DNA of 62,912 nucleotides, filler included, from Polymyxa betae A26-41 (Eukaryota > Protista > Endomyxa: Phytomyxea), in assembly GCA_003693705.1 (NCBI GenBank). It is 5 parts of 5 records of this genome, joined end to end, with 100 filler letters (N's around TTAATTAATTAA, not from the genome) between each part and the next. Parts side by side here need not be neighbours in the genome. Positions count along the whole stretch, not along the records: positions 25,894 to 37,157 come from RBZT01000137.1; positions 37,258 to 52,219 come from RBZT01000707.1; 3 more parts are not named here. One strand, written 5' to 3'. A program made the translations under genes and the position numbers. The notes below the pieces were generated by a model. That model saw only the letters and a program-made list of their open reading frames with translations, had not been told where the DNA came from and searched no databases. Below, in pieces: positions 33,532 through 45,424 of this stretch (its first letter is position 1; each line of letters starts with the position of its first letter).

Positions 33532-35170
33532 TTATTCATTCGCTGAATACACACCAAAATGATCTTCTGTGATATAATCAGAAAATACAACTAAACTTAA
33601 ACACAGTAATACCGTCTCTAATCCTTTCATAGAATATCTCAAAAGTGAATGAGAAACGCCTGCAAAATCACGAACAAGTTGCGTTTTGATGGAGTATTTC
33701 TTATTGTCACCGACAATAAGAGTCCCAAATCCACACTGTTTACTCTTCCCTCTGTGATTCGAACATAACTTGTTAAAACGACTATGCGGAAACGGGTTTC
33801 CCCATCGAGATTGAAAAGTCCTTAGATCATTCTGACAGCATAATCTAACACATGAAAGTACAGAGTAACATGTTCGCCGCAGCCAATCACCACAGCGTCG
33901 ACGTTCCCGAGTCGATTTCAGGTCGGTAATCTTGGCCCGAACTATTTTCTGACATAAACTGGCCACCAATATCAACTTCTGTAACGTGGTCTTCGAAGTG
34001 GAGATATCCGAGGTTTCGGTCAATATGAGCTGATCATCAAGGACATTGATTATCATGGGGGTTTTTGCAGGGTATGAATTGCTCTTTGGTGGAATGAATA
34101 TAGTTCTACCCGTAAGAAACGCGTACTCGTGATAATCAGGCTGCTTTTTCTGAATGACAGTTTTAGCGTGCGATTCCCCATGCAATGCGAATCAATCTGA
34201 CCAGAGAAGCGCACAGAGTAACGTAGTCTGTTATCTTCTCCACATCAAAATCGAACAATTGTAGAAATTCAGGAAAATCGCCAAACAGTGGCAGAACGAG
34301 TTCGGTTGGTGGTGAACTAAGCTTTATCCGTTTCATGGACGGATTTTCGTCGTTGTGTTGAGCGAAACGGTCAAAAGGGATGAAAGAGCCATCTCGAACC
34401 GGATTCATCACCTGATCGGTAGTTGATAGTTTAGATTGGCATTTATCTCCGGAACATTCTCTCTGAAGAACCGAATGATTGAAGGGATTCCCCCAGACTG
34501 TCTGAAACTTTCGGAGATCATTCTGACAGCATTGCTTGATACATCGAAGTACAGGACGACACACAGCATACATCCAATTCCGCATGATCATACTAACCTT
34601 GCTACCAGGCCATTTATACTTCCGGTAGGCCGAGATCAATTTCCGATACAGATTCGCAATCAGAATCAGCTTTGTAATGTGCTGCGAGCAGAGCTGATTT
34701 TGAAGCCTGTCACTCAGATCCAGATCATCTCCATTCACATTCACTGCTAATGAAGAGTTGATCATGGAGCATTGACCTGCATCACCAGACGTTGAGGACA
34801 GGAATTGAAGTTCTTCATCATTCGGCTCTTTGATCTAATCTACAGTCAGTATACAGCGGGATAAAAAGGTCCTGAGAATCACCAGAAACTTGCAGAGACT
34901 GTAAATAGTCATTGATATCAGTAACATCATGATTGAAAGAATACAGAAGGTCGGTTGGCGATGATTTCTCTTCAATACGAGGACGTTTCCGGGAAATAGT
35001 TTCAACTGGTTCATCATTCTGATTATAAAAATCTCAACCAATTTGAAGACGTGAAACTTGATAAGGAAGCCTTACATTGATAGATTCCTGAATAGGAGGT
35101 AAATCTGGAACATTATCTGTATGATGTACTAAAGATGTTGATGTTGATACAGTTCCAATATCGGGTAGGG
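33532..35170 (-). pseudogene. Exon-module gene, copy B (paralogue of 2908-4690); at least one apparent frameshift
   Basis: Same motifs and splice sites: NDEPVETISRKRPR; IKEPNDEELQFL; KLILIANLYRKL..CCQNDLRKFQTVWGN; FDVEKITDYVTLC; KKQPDYHEYAFL. Upstream homology continues (35520-35555 vs 4880-4920). Confidence 0.6.
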
Positions 35171-35639
35171 TGCCCATAATTTCATGAATGTCATTCTCAA
35201 TTAATATCTGAATAATACATCAATTTCATATATCACAGTTACATAATATACATTAAAATCTATATCCAGATCAAATGAGGGATCGACGATATCGTTACCA
35301 GAGGGAAGATCCGAAAAATCTTGGATTGAATATGAATCATAGAGTATAGGATCCTATAATGCATTTTAAAGCGATGTGATTATGTTTCTAACAAAGCATT
35401 CGTACTCTGGTGTCTGTAACGTAGAGGTCGAGATCAGAGACAGTACCATGAGTCTCTTCAAGATACTCTGTAACATTACTACTAGGCTCAGAGCTGAGTG
35501 CAGCTAAGCACCCAGATATGCTCAGTATCAGGAAGACAGGCGCTGGGCCAACCATCTCCGAACAAATTCACAGAGTCTGATTTTGAAAAGGAAGAATTTC
35601 AAATGGTCTACTATAGTCAGACGTTCTACGATTAGTCTA

Positions 35640-35785
35640 CTCCGTCGCGCACTTCTTATGGCCTACTCCCACGCACATTTTTATTGGCATACTCCGAGAC
35701 GCACATTTTTAGGGCCTACAGCAGCGCACATTTTTATGGTCTACTGCGTCGCACACTTTTTATGGTCGCGCACTTTTTATGGCGT
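35640..35785 (+). repeat. Degenerate ~27-bp tandem array with CGCACATTTTTATGG core
   Basis: About six copies of gcac(a)tttt(t)atgg..tac. Confidence 0.7.
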
Positions 35786-36752
35786 TTTAGTTCAATAGAA
35801 CCCAATGAAAGCCAGCCATTTTGAGGATCAGAAAGTCGATGTCTGTAAAAGCGTTCTCGAAATCGTCATCACCTGGGAAGGACGGAGGCAAATGCCAACC
35901 AACGTCATCAAAATCATGAGCTGTTTGAAAGGCTTCGAAACAGTTTTGAAAGCACAGTCGATGAACAAAGGTATGTTTTCAAGCTTGAATAGATTCTATA
36001 ATACTGAGATTCCCGATCCTGTAAGCCAATGCTGGAGGATACTCTAAAAAAAAATGGGAGAATGAAAAGCCAGGAACTGGGCGCTCTGAGTTGTTTGAAG
36101 CAAAATCGCCCATTTCAATATCTCGAAATCGATCAGCTGATTAATTCGCCAATTATCAACCCCATCTCTGTTTCTGGCTGCTCTGCGATTTCTGGTCGTA
36201 CTATCCACCACTCGCAGTGCTGCTACTGATGTTCGGACATGCAAAGGACCCGTTTTGATCATGAGATCAACGGCTACCAACCAGAAAATTTCAAATACCA
36301 ACCGTGTAACATCATTACTGTTGGCAATTTTCTTCGTTACCTGCAATTTCGTTACCAGAGCTGCCTCCGTCTATATGTGAACTTGCTCTCACATAATTCT
36401 CGAATGCGATCACCTCTGTATATGGCGCAGCCTTTGATGTCTGGTTCCATTTGCCGCCAACCCTAACTGGTTAAAGTATTTCGGATGGACACGATACTTT
36501 GTGTAACGTGTTTACCCATAACAGAAGTATTGTGATTATCGCTCTGAGTTCGGTTCCTTATCTATTCCTTGCAGTATTTCAGTTATAGTAGCGGGTAGTT
36601 TCAGATTCCAGATATCTCAATGTTTATCATTTTCTGCTTCTATGGCAATGATACTTTTATTGATTGCTCTCAACAAAACTTCGAATATCAATTCCTAATT
36701 GTATTCAGCATCGTTGCCTTAGACGCTGCGAACAGGTTTACAAGAACGTGTT

Positions 36753-37157
36753 TTTTCAGTGCTTCAATGAACTATCTCTATTGTGATGCGAAATCTGATT
36801 TCCAGTGGTTGAAATAGAAGCTGCTCTATTTCTGATTTCTGCTTGTTCGATTTCGATGTCTTATGGGACATTCCAGATTTCCGGCCGCCTAAGTCTCGAC
36901 TGCAATTGTTTTTCTTGCGAAGATCGAGTCACGAAATCACCTTCCTGTATCAGCAACCAGATCCGAGGCAGTCGTTTCCTCCCAAAATTCTTATAGAATC
37001 TGCGATCACAGACCGCATGAGGCGGCCGGAAATCTGGAATGTCCCATAAGACATCGAAATCGAACAAGCAGAAATCAGAAATAGAGCAACTTCTATTTCA
37101 ACCACTGGAAATCAGATTTCGCATCACAATAGAGATAGTTCATTGAAGCACTGAAAA
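36753..37157. repeat. Near-perfect inverted repeat: 138-bp arms, 129-bp spacer, cut by the contig end
   Basis: 36753-36890 is the reverse complement of 37020-37157 with one mismatch that I could see. Confidence 0.95.
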
Positions 37158-37257
37158 NNNNNNNNNNNNNNNNNNNNNNNNNNNNNNNNNNNNNNNNNNN
37201 NTTAATTAATTAANNNNNNNNNNNNNNNNNNNNNNNNNNNNNNNNNNNNNNNNNNNN
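37158..37257. other. Artificial contig spacer
   Basis: N44-TTAATTAATTAA-N44. Confidence 0.97.
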
Positions 37258-38192
37258 ATTCATAGTGAACGCACTTTGTCCTCCGCATGACACCATGAAG
37301 TGTTTGCGTGAGTCATATTGACAATCAGTGTTAGCATATGAGCGCTGTTAGATCAATCTCGAGATATCAATAGCGTTGACTCAAGCTAATTCAACCGGAA
37401 GCATTGTCTTCCGCTTGCATGCTATCAAATAAAACACTTCTTCAAACACATTCCAGTTCAAAACCCTCTCCCGTCTAACAATCAGCAGTTGGGGAATTGG
37501 TGTAGTTGGTCATCACGCATCGTTAGCAACGATGAGGGCGGGGTTTCGATTACCCCATTCTCCACTCTTTTTTTTTTCACGCTGAGCATTACGGTACGTT
37601 GCAATCTAGAAGCGAAGAAGGGACAGACAGAGCTTTGGCAAAATTTACTTCCAGATAACGATTACAGTCACGTGCTCTTCTGGTCAAAAACTCTTGCTGG
37701 TCATGTTTTTCATCAAAACACTTGCTTTTTTTTCTTTTCTCTTTTGTCTTCGTGGAATCGCTTCGATGTCTCACTGGCCATTTAATAGAAGAAAGGCACA
37801 CTATATGGCAAAAATTGCTGGAACTCTATCCTCAAGCAATTGCGAAGTTCCAGGCTCTCGGACACTTAACGGAAACTGAAACGTCACGTACGAAATATTT
37901 CATTTCAAGTATCCGACGTAAGATTGTCTGTTATGGCACTGCTTAGATAATATAGCTCAGCTATCGCTTTCTAGTCATGCACAGCACGACAGGGATTGAG
38001 TTTTCATGAGTTTCTAAATCCCATTGTTCGGACGAACATTTCTGCTCTAACCGGCGGTATTGGTGACTCGCAATTTGGTGCAGAACGACCAGACCCATCG
38101 ACCGAGTTGAGTAACGACCCGTTCGGGATCATCTGTCTCGGGAGGGAATCCGTTTGGCTGAATCATAGGATCGGATTTATCTCTACCAGTTC

Positions 38193-38455
38193 GATTTCTG
38201 CAACTTTCATAATAGATTTCGTATTCCAGCTAAACGTCCACGCAGCCCGGCTCAAGTACGCTTCAGTTTTATAATTGCAGTAGCATCAGAACTGTAATGA
38301 AATGGCTGTCGAGTATTATTGATATAAACCATCATATTGGAATCTAGTTATAGCTTCAACGGAGCTTTCTAGATGAAAGGACTGCGGTGCTCTTGAGCTG
38401 GGCTGCGTGGACTTTTAGATGGAATACGAAATCTAATAAGAAAGTTGCAGAAATC
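38193..38455. repeat. Imperfect inverted repeat, 64-bp arms
   Basis: gatttctgcaactttc..gcccggctcaag (38193-38256) versus cttgagctgggc..gaaagttgcagaaatc (38392-38455). Confidence 0.85.
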
Positions 38456-38459
38456 CAAG

Positions 38460-39070
38460 CAACAGCGCGGACTTGCGACAAAACTTCACGTTGACGAGTG
38501 GCTTTGTCAACGGTTGGGCGATCATGTTGGAGTCCCACTTCGTAACCGTTATTGTGCCATTCTTGATCGTGTCAAAGGACAAACTTAAACAAAGTGCGAT
38601 ATGTTTTGTACTCCCCGGAGTTCTACGTCTTTGGTCTAAGGCGATACATTCGGCGTAAATCTTCAAAAAAGACGATTGCTTGTTTTGGGTCCTTTAACTG
38701 CAGGTCCTGGATAAGGCTAATTGCCTAACCTGGCTCAAATGTGAAGGTTAATTAATGATCCGAAGTGGACTTAGAATCAGAGCGTTCACTGGCGAAATCT
38801 TAGTCAGAATATTTAGAAATTGCTCCGATTGAAATAAGTCTCCTTTAGTCGAAGTTCTTCGTAACCAACGTAAAATGCGTTTAACTTGACCAACATTAAA
38901 TGTGATGGATTGGAAATGTTTTGAGTAGCGTTATGAACTGCATGAGTGATTTCGGGACGTGTGAAACTGCAGATATGTTTAGCTAACGCCAGTCGTTTTA
39001 TCTGCTGACAGAGTTGCTTCTGTCCTAGTGGTAGTTCTCTCTGAAAATTACGTATCTTGGGATATCGAGG
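38460..39070 (-). mobile_element. Copia RT C-terminus / RNase H relic
   Basis: TRPEITHAVH; YSD*DFASERSDSKSTS; TKHIA..DTIKNGTI..NMIAQPLTKPL. Confidence 0.75.
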
Positions 39071-40222
39071 ATCATTGCGGAACACTTCATTCGGTTCAGC
39101 AGCGTCTAAAAGATAGAGCCTGCCACGACGGTTAACTGATTCGTCGTCGTCGCAACGAAAAGTTGAAGGTCGATGTCGTTTAGGCCTGGATGATAAAAAT
39201 CAGATGTGGATCACGTGGTTATATGTCCTGGACCGACTTTGAATGAGAAGGATGCGCTTGGCCTCTCCATAATCTTCACGTTGGGATGGCTTGAAATTTG
39301 TACCTTACTTGCCGTTTTCGATGCGGTAATCAAGCAGTCTCTGGAAAGTCCTGTCAGGTGGAGCAACGGTTCGAGCATTAAGCAGGACGATTGTAGCAAT
39401 TTGAAAGCATTGTGCTGGCCTCCGCGCTAGCTGCTGTTGGTGTAGATGGTTAGTAAGACGCTTTGAATAGCTGGGCTTGGTCGAGGTTCGCTGCCAGTCA
39501 TGATGTCCAAAGCGTTAAAATGATACATGGATTTGCCAGCTGCCATTTGTGGTAAGGGGTATAGGAAGTCGATTGCAAGCATAGTCAAGACCTTGCTGTC
39601 GTTCATGGTGCTATCGCGGGTTAGCGGTTGCTTCCTGGGCCACAGATATGATAAGATGGAGAAGCTACTTCGGTCGCTTGGCCACAACCTGAGCAACAAA
39701 AGGAATGTTTAGTTCCGTGATTGGATAAAGAGAAATATTTAGGGCATGCACTGTGGCAGACATTCAGCACTTAATACTGTTTTGGCCGGGATTTCAATCT
39801 GCATTTCGCAGAATTTCGAACCAGGAAATTTGATTGTAATTCCAACGATGCAGGACAGCAATTGATGAACCTGACAATCTTATTAGCTTAATTTGCCCCA
39901 ACGCCAAATGAAATATCCAAATAGTTTCTGAACTGTTACATGTGATTCTTACAGCGATAGCTAGAGGGAGATAACATAGACCCGATATCCAAATAGCGCA
40001 TCAGCAATCGTTGCACATTTGGTTGGTGCTTCATCAAAGAGAGCACTGCAATTTGTATAATACCAACTTCGGATGATTGGAAGAAAATTTTGGATTGATA
40101 AACAGCATCTTCACATTTAAAGGACCTTTTTCATACATATGAGCAGTCGCGCACTTTTGTTCCAATGTTCGGTAATGTAAGCCTTTGCCTTTTTTCCTCT
40201 GATTTAATTGCAATCTCGGTCG

Positions 40223-41866
40223 ATGAATGATGGTGATGGCCATGATGGCGCCATCCCAGTTTCGTTGCCTAGGATCATACAGGCATCATCCTTACTGGCT
40301 TTTGTCCTGCTCTGGCCTGTCGCTTTCTTAGCTAGAACTCTGCTGGCGTTGTATCTGCCCTGGGCACGAATCTGGTTCGCTCTGGCGGTCGCTGTCTTCT
40401 CTGTCTTTGTTTATGGAATTCGGTTGGCACCTTCCATCCGATTTTCAAAGATCGAATTACCCAAGCCCACCATCCGTCAGATTGCAATAATTGCTATTTC
40501 TGGTAATAGATTTCCGTGATCACATCACATCCATAGCCTTTTGGAATTTTTCCAAGTGTTTTTTCATCCACTTTTATGTTTGCAGCTGAAATGATTTCGT
40601 TTTCTGTTTTTTCGGGTTTCCTTGCGACTACTTGTTATTGTTTCTAGCCAAGTTTTATAGCAGCATTTTCACTATCATTGCAGCATTTTCACTATCATTG
40701 AAGTATTTGCCTTAAAATTGCAGTTCTTCACGCGCAGCTGTACGCTTCTCGTTTATGATGTTTTGAGCATTTGCGTGATCACTTCACCATTTGAGCTTGC
40801 TTTTCGACTTCCAATGGTTAACTGTATTGATTTCCTGCAGATTCATTGCAGAACCTCTCATTGATGATCGGATCTGGGTGTGTACCGGCCCCTGTTTCTT
40901 GTCTGATCCCGTTGGCGCATGTCCACCTGAAGCGCCGCCCGGATTCCTATCCGGCCGCTGTCATGGCATTCGCCGGCCTTGCTATCGTCATTTTCGTTTC
41001 CTTTGAACACATTCGACTCTCAGCTCTGGTTTTAATCTGCAATTCGCCGATTTTCATGTCGTATTCCACCACACGCCGCCTCGCCGTTCTTGGCAATGTG
41101 GATTCATTCACACTGCAGTGGCTGTCTTCTGCACTCCAAGTCCCAATCTGGGTCGTGCTGTACCCACTCTCCTCCCGCACCCAGGCCTTTATTCTGCCTC
41201 TGACGACTCGGTACCACCCTATCTCAAGTGCCCTATTCGTCCAACATGACACGACCTACATAGCAACGGTTTGCGCTGTGCTAGTGCTTTTGGTGATGAA
41301 CTTTGTGGTTGTTTGGCGATTGAAATCCGCCAGCGGAGATGGCTCTCAACCCTGGATCCAGTACGCCTCGCGTGGTGCTGACCTTGTTCTCGCACCTTCA
41401 TCTTCTCCCCGACAGGTTTGGACTCATCCTTGTTTTTCTGAATTCAACTTGCATTTTCGTGGCAGGCTTACTTTTTATTTGAATTTTATCGCATTTCACT
41501 AGTTTTTGTCAATCACTTAATTTCGCCTAGTCGTGGTTCGAATGTGATGTCGTTTTTATAAACAATTTTTTTCCTGATCCTTCTTCGTATTGTTCATTCT
41601 TTTCGATTTTTGTGCTCTCTTTCTTCGCGAAAAAAAAGTTGCATTTCACTGAGTGACTTGTTTAGGTTGAAATTGCAACCTTGGTCGGTGCCGCTGTTGC
41701 TTTCGTTTTGGCCGGTCTCATGGTACCTCAGAGATCCCATTTGATCCTGCTCTGTGTTGGGGCCGTGCTGATTCTATCAGGCAGCGCTATCCAGATGCAA
41801 TCAAGGTTTCTCTCGGAACCATTAGTCCCGGCTGTGCAGGAAATCGACATGCCGCTAATGCCATAA
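40223..41866 (+). CDS. Multi-exon multi-pass membrane protein, possibly DMT-superfamily transporter-like
   Basis: Hydrophobic ORFs 40208-40519, 40846-41416 and 41681-41866 separated by T-rich GT-AG introns (e.g. donor 40502, acceptors 40840 and 41665). Exon structure and family are uncertain. Confidence 0.5.
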
Positions 41867-42243
41867 CCGCTTGCTTTTGATATCTACCGATATCGGCGAA
41901 GTTCCTTGCTGTTAACAGGTCTAGGCGTCTCCTGTTTTATTGTAGATAATCTTCAGTTTAAAAGTCGAAGAAACTGTTGTCTTTCGGAAGCCATTCGAAA
42001 CGGATCTCACTGTGATAGTGTATACAACATATTTATTGTCTAAGCTACTTTATACAGAGCGTATTCAGCAGCCGTTGTAAACCGGAGGCTCATTTCTGGG
42101 AATACCCGCGAAGTAGACTTGTGAACAGGAACAAACAAATGGAGTTTTCACAGATAAATATTATGGTTTAAGAAGCCATTACAGCTTCAAAAGCGCTATA
42201 TTATTTAGGTTAGTTTGAATCAAGAATGACGAAACATTTACGG

Positions 42244-44955
42244 TCAAGCTGGCTTCGAACTGACCCGTTTCGTCGACGGTTTCTTGTCAGAACGCTTATC
42301 GGTCTTACTGGATGACCTTTTAGACTTCTCTTTATCGGATTTCTCCTTGTCGGTTTTGTCTCTCGATTTCTCAGTCTTTCCAGAATGCTTTTCGGATTTT
42401 TCCGAATTGCCTTTATCGCCGTCCGCCCGAGGCTTACTTCCGCGCCGCTCCTTGTTCGGTTTCTTGGAGGTCTCATTCTCTTCCGGTTGTTTAGGGATTT
42501 CAGACTGCACTTCAGGCGAAGCCGATTCATTAACAGCCATCTTCGGATCGTCTGAAGCGCCACCAAACTTCGGTATGTCTTCCACTGTTCCCAGATTGAC
42601 AATCGCTTCCTCAGAGTGAGCAGGCGTATCAGCAACATCGGTTGCATTATCCACAGGCTCTTCCGATTTTGCAGGTTCATCGTTCTTGCCCTCGGGCTTC
42701 GCTTCTGTGTGATCAACCTCCTTCTCCGAAATCGGATCGTTGGCGTCCGATCTTAACAGCGCATCGTCGAGGTCTGCACTGAATTTCTTCGCAGCTTCCT
42801 CATTTATGGCGCGAAGTCGTTCCACCTCTTTCTGTTGTGCTTGCAAGTCAGCCTCCTGTTTCGACATTTCCGCGATCCTTGCAGCTGTTGCAACCTCGGC
42901 GTCAGCTTTAACCTTTAGCAGCTCTTTCTCGAGCGCAAACAGCTCCGCCCTGGCATGTTCATAATTCTGTTGTGACTGCCGCAATGCAACCGTGGACTGT
43001 TCCAGTTCAGCTCTTAATGAAGTCAGATCGGCTTTAACTAATTTTCTCTCGCCTTCAATCACATCCTGAGTTGAAAGTGTTAATTCTAAAAAATGGCAAC
43101 AGGTTATGAACTTACCATCTGGCATTCCTTTTGCTGTAACTTTTCAAGCAGATGTTGCTGGTCTGCACGCGCTTTTTGTGTTGTCTCTTCACCAATGCGC
43201 CTTAAATCGATGACAGTTCCTTGAAGCAAGCACTCGGATTCTTGGAGGGTCGCAATCGCTGCCCGCTGTCGCTCGAGGGATTCATGCAATTCAGCGCGTT
43301 CTGCAAGCAATTTCTTCTCCATTGATTCTTTTAACGCTAGCAGGTCGGATAGGTCCTTTGCAGATTTTTCAGCGGCGTTGGCAGATGCTGCCTTTTGCAG
43401 ATGCAGTTCAGCTTCCTATGAACGAATGAATACAGTGAAGCAAAAATTTGTGAAGCAATTCGATAAAGCTTGTAATTTTTCGTACAGCACAGCTCGTTTA
43501 AAGCAGAACAAGCAAACGTTAAAACCAGGACGAAGCAATTCCAGACTAACCTGAGATGCAACTCGTTCGCGAAGAAGACGGATCTGAGTAGAAGAATCCG
43601 CCAGGGCAATTCTGGTGGTATCCGTTTGGGCGACGACTTGTCCAAGTTCGGCCCTAGTCAAATCGCTGATCTTTTCCATCTCTGCAACCAAGGCGCGCTC
43701 TTGTCTCAGCTCTCCTTCCATCTTCACTAATCGTCAGATTTCTCCCAAGCAAGGCAATTGACTTTACCTTCTGAATACGCTCTGCGAATTGCTTGCGATC
43801 ACGCGCTCGGCTTTGCTCGGCGGTAAGTTCCGTCTGAGTTAGCCTGTTGGCTAAATCGGCATTATCCCGTTTTAAAGCACCGCATTCTTGTCGCAATGAT
43901 CGAATTTCTTCAAGGACGGGAATGGTGACATGAGCTTCTGCAGCTCGACCAAGCTCATTGAATAGACGCAAGCGACGTAGTTCCTGAGCGAAATCTTCAC
44001 AGTAGATGCGCATTTCTTCCAACTAAAACATCGGTTTATATAAAATTTCACATCAAAAGATTTCGCATAAACAAACAAAGCTTGGATTCGTGCGAGAAAT
44101 CTAAATGTGATTGTATAGCTATACAAAGCAAATCCAAACTAGTTAATAACTGAAAGCAAATATATATTCATCGCAAATTCGGCACAAAACGTGAATCCAC
44201 TTTGGAAATAAACGAACCTGAGTGAATTTAACCATGCTTCGAAGTTTGTCGATCTCAGCAGATCTCTCCGACAACGAATCTTGTAAGGTTCGTACTTGAT
44301 GTTTTAAGGTGCGAATCATAGATTTCTCGCTCATCAAAGCGGCGCCTCCGGCAACTTTCTGCAAAATCGTGTCGATTTCGCGATCCTTTGCCAGAACGCG
44401 CTCCTGCGCTTTCTGATACTGCGATCGCAAAAGGCGTCGTCCTTTCTCCAGTTCTGAAACCTTGCGCTTATACGACATCACCAGCTCTTGCAGGGTCTCC
44501 ACATCCCAGGTTGCGTCGGTATTTCTCTGTTGAGCCTTTCCTCTTCTCCCAACGAGCGACGGCACCGAGCGAGTAAGCCCGGCCTTGCGCACAGGCAAGG
44601 AGCTTCGAGGTAGCCCCAAATCATCAATGGCCGGCGGTAGAACAACAGACCCCGAAGTGGCTGCTGCAGAATGTGAGGCCACTCCTCCACCATACGAGGC
44701 TGCTCCTCCACCATAGGGAGCTCCCATATTAGAATATGACCCAGCACCACCATGCCAGTGAGATCCTCCAGCGGTCGTCGCACTGCTATTATATTGAGAC
44801 GCGACACCATAAGCGCTAGAGTTGCTGTAAGCAGAAGTAGCCCCAAATCCCAATTCTCGGCTGTGGGGATCCATTTCCGTGGGTCGATGACGATCAACGC
44901 CTGCAGCAGCGTCCCTGCTCATCATAGCATCAAGCCGGGCTAAATCCAGCGACAT
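42244..44955 (-). CDS. IQCE-like (IQ domain-containing protein E-like) coiled-coil protein, multi-exon, with K/E/S-rich tail
   Basis: Spliced KDREIDTIL..MIRTLKHQVRTLQ..EIDKLRSMVKFTQ|LEEMRIYCEDFAQELRRL resembles, from memory, the IQCE coiled coil (KDRQIEQLL..KTTNLEEMRIAMETYYEEVHRL). Further coiled-coil exons lie at 43.0-43.9 kb with GT-AG junctions. Confidence 0.65.
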
Positions 44956-45424
44956 GGCGCCGCCCTGGAGTAGTTGACCGGGGTCAAATGTTGTCGAGAT
45001 ATGGTGAGACTTCTGGCACGCGCTTACATAATCTAAGTTTGCATTTAATGATAATAAGGCTGTCAGCCGCGCTTGTTAGAACCACCTGGTTAAGACCAAT
45101 CCAAATACTCACATAAACCAATTCACGCCAAAAGTTTTAACAGATGAGTACTGGCTTCTTTTGATGATGTTTTCTGCATGGTAGTTTTCCCGTCGTACTA
45201 CCTATTATACCACTATCAAACAACATCTGCGGATGGGATGGTAACAGTGGCCTCTATCTATTAGAGCTGGGGCCTGGGCTGTACCCCTCTGCTGGGAGTT
45301 ATGTCACCCGCTGTCTTGCTTGTCCTTGCCTAATCCAGCGAATCACTTCATTTGAGTTGATGATTGGGGTACCGATCCGCAGTGCCCTACTCATCTCGAT
45401 CCCATTAGCCTTCAAGTGTCATCT

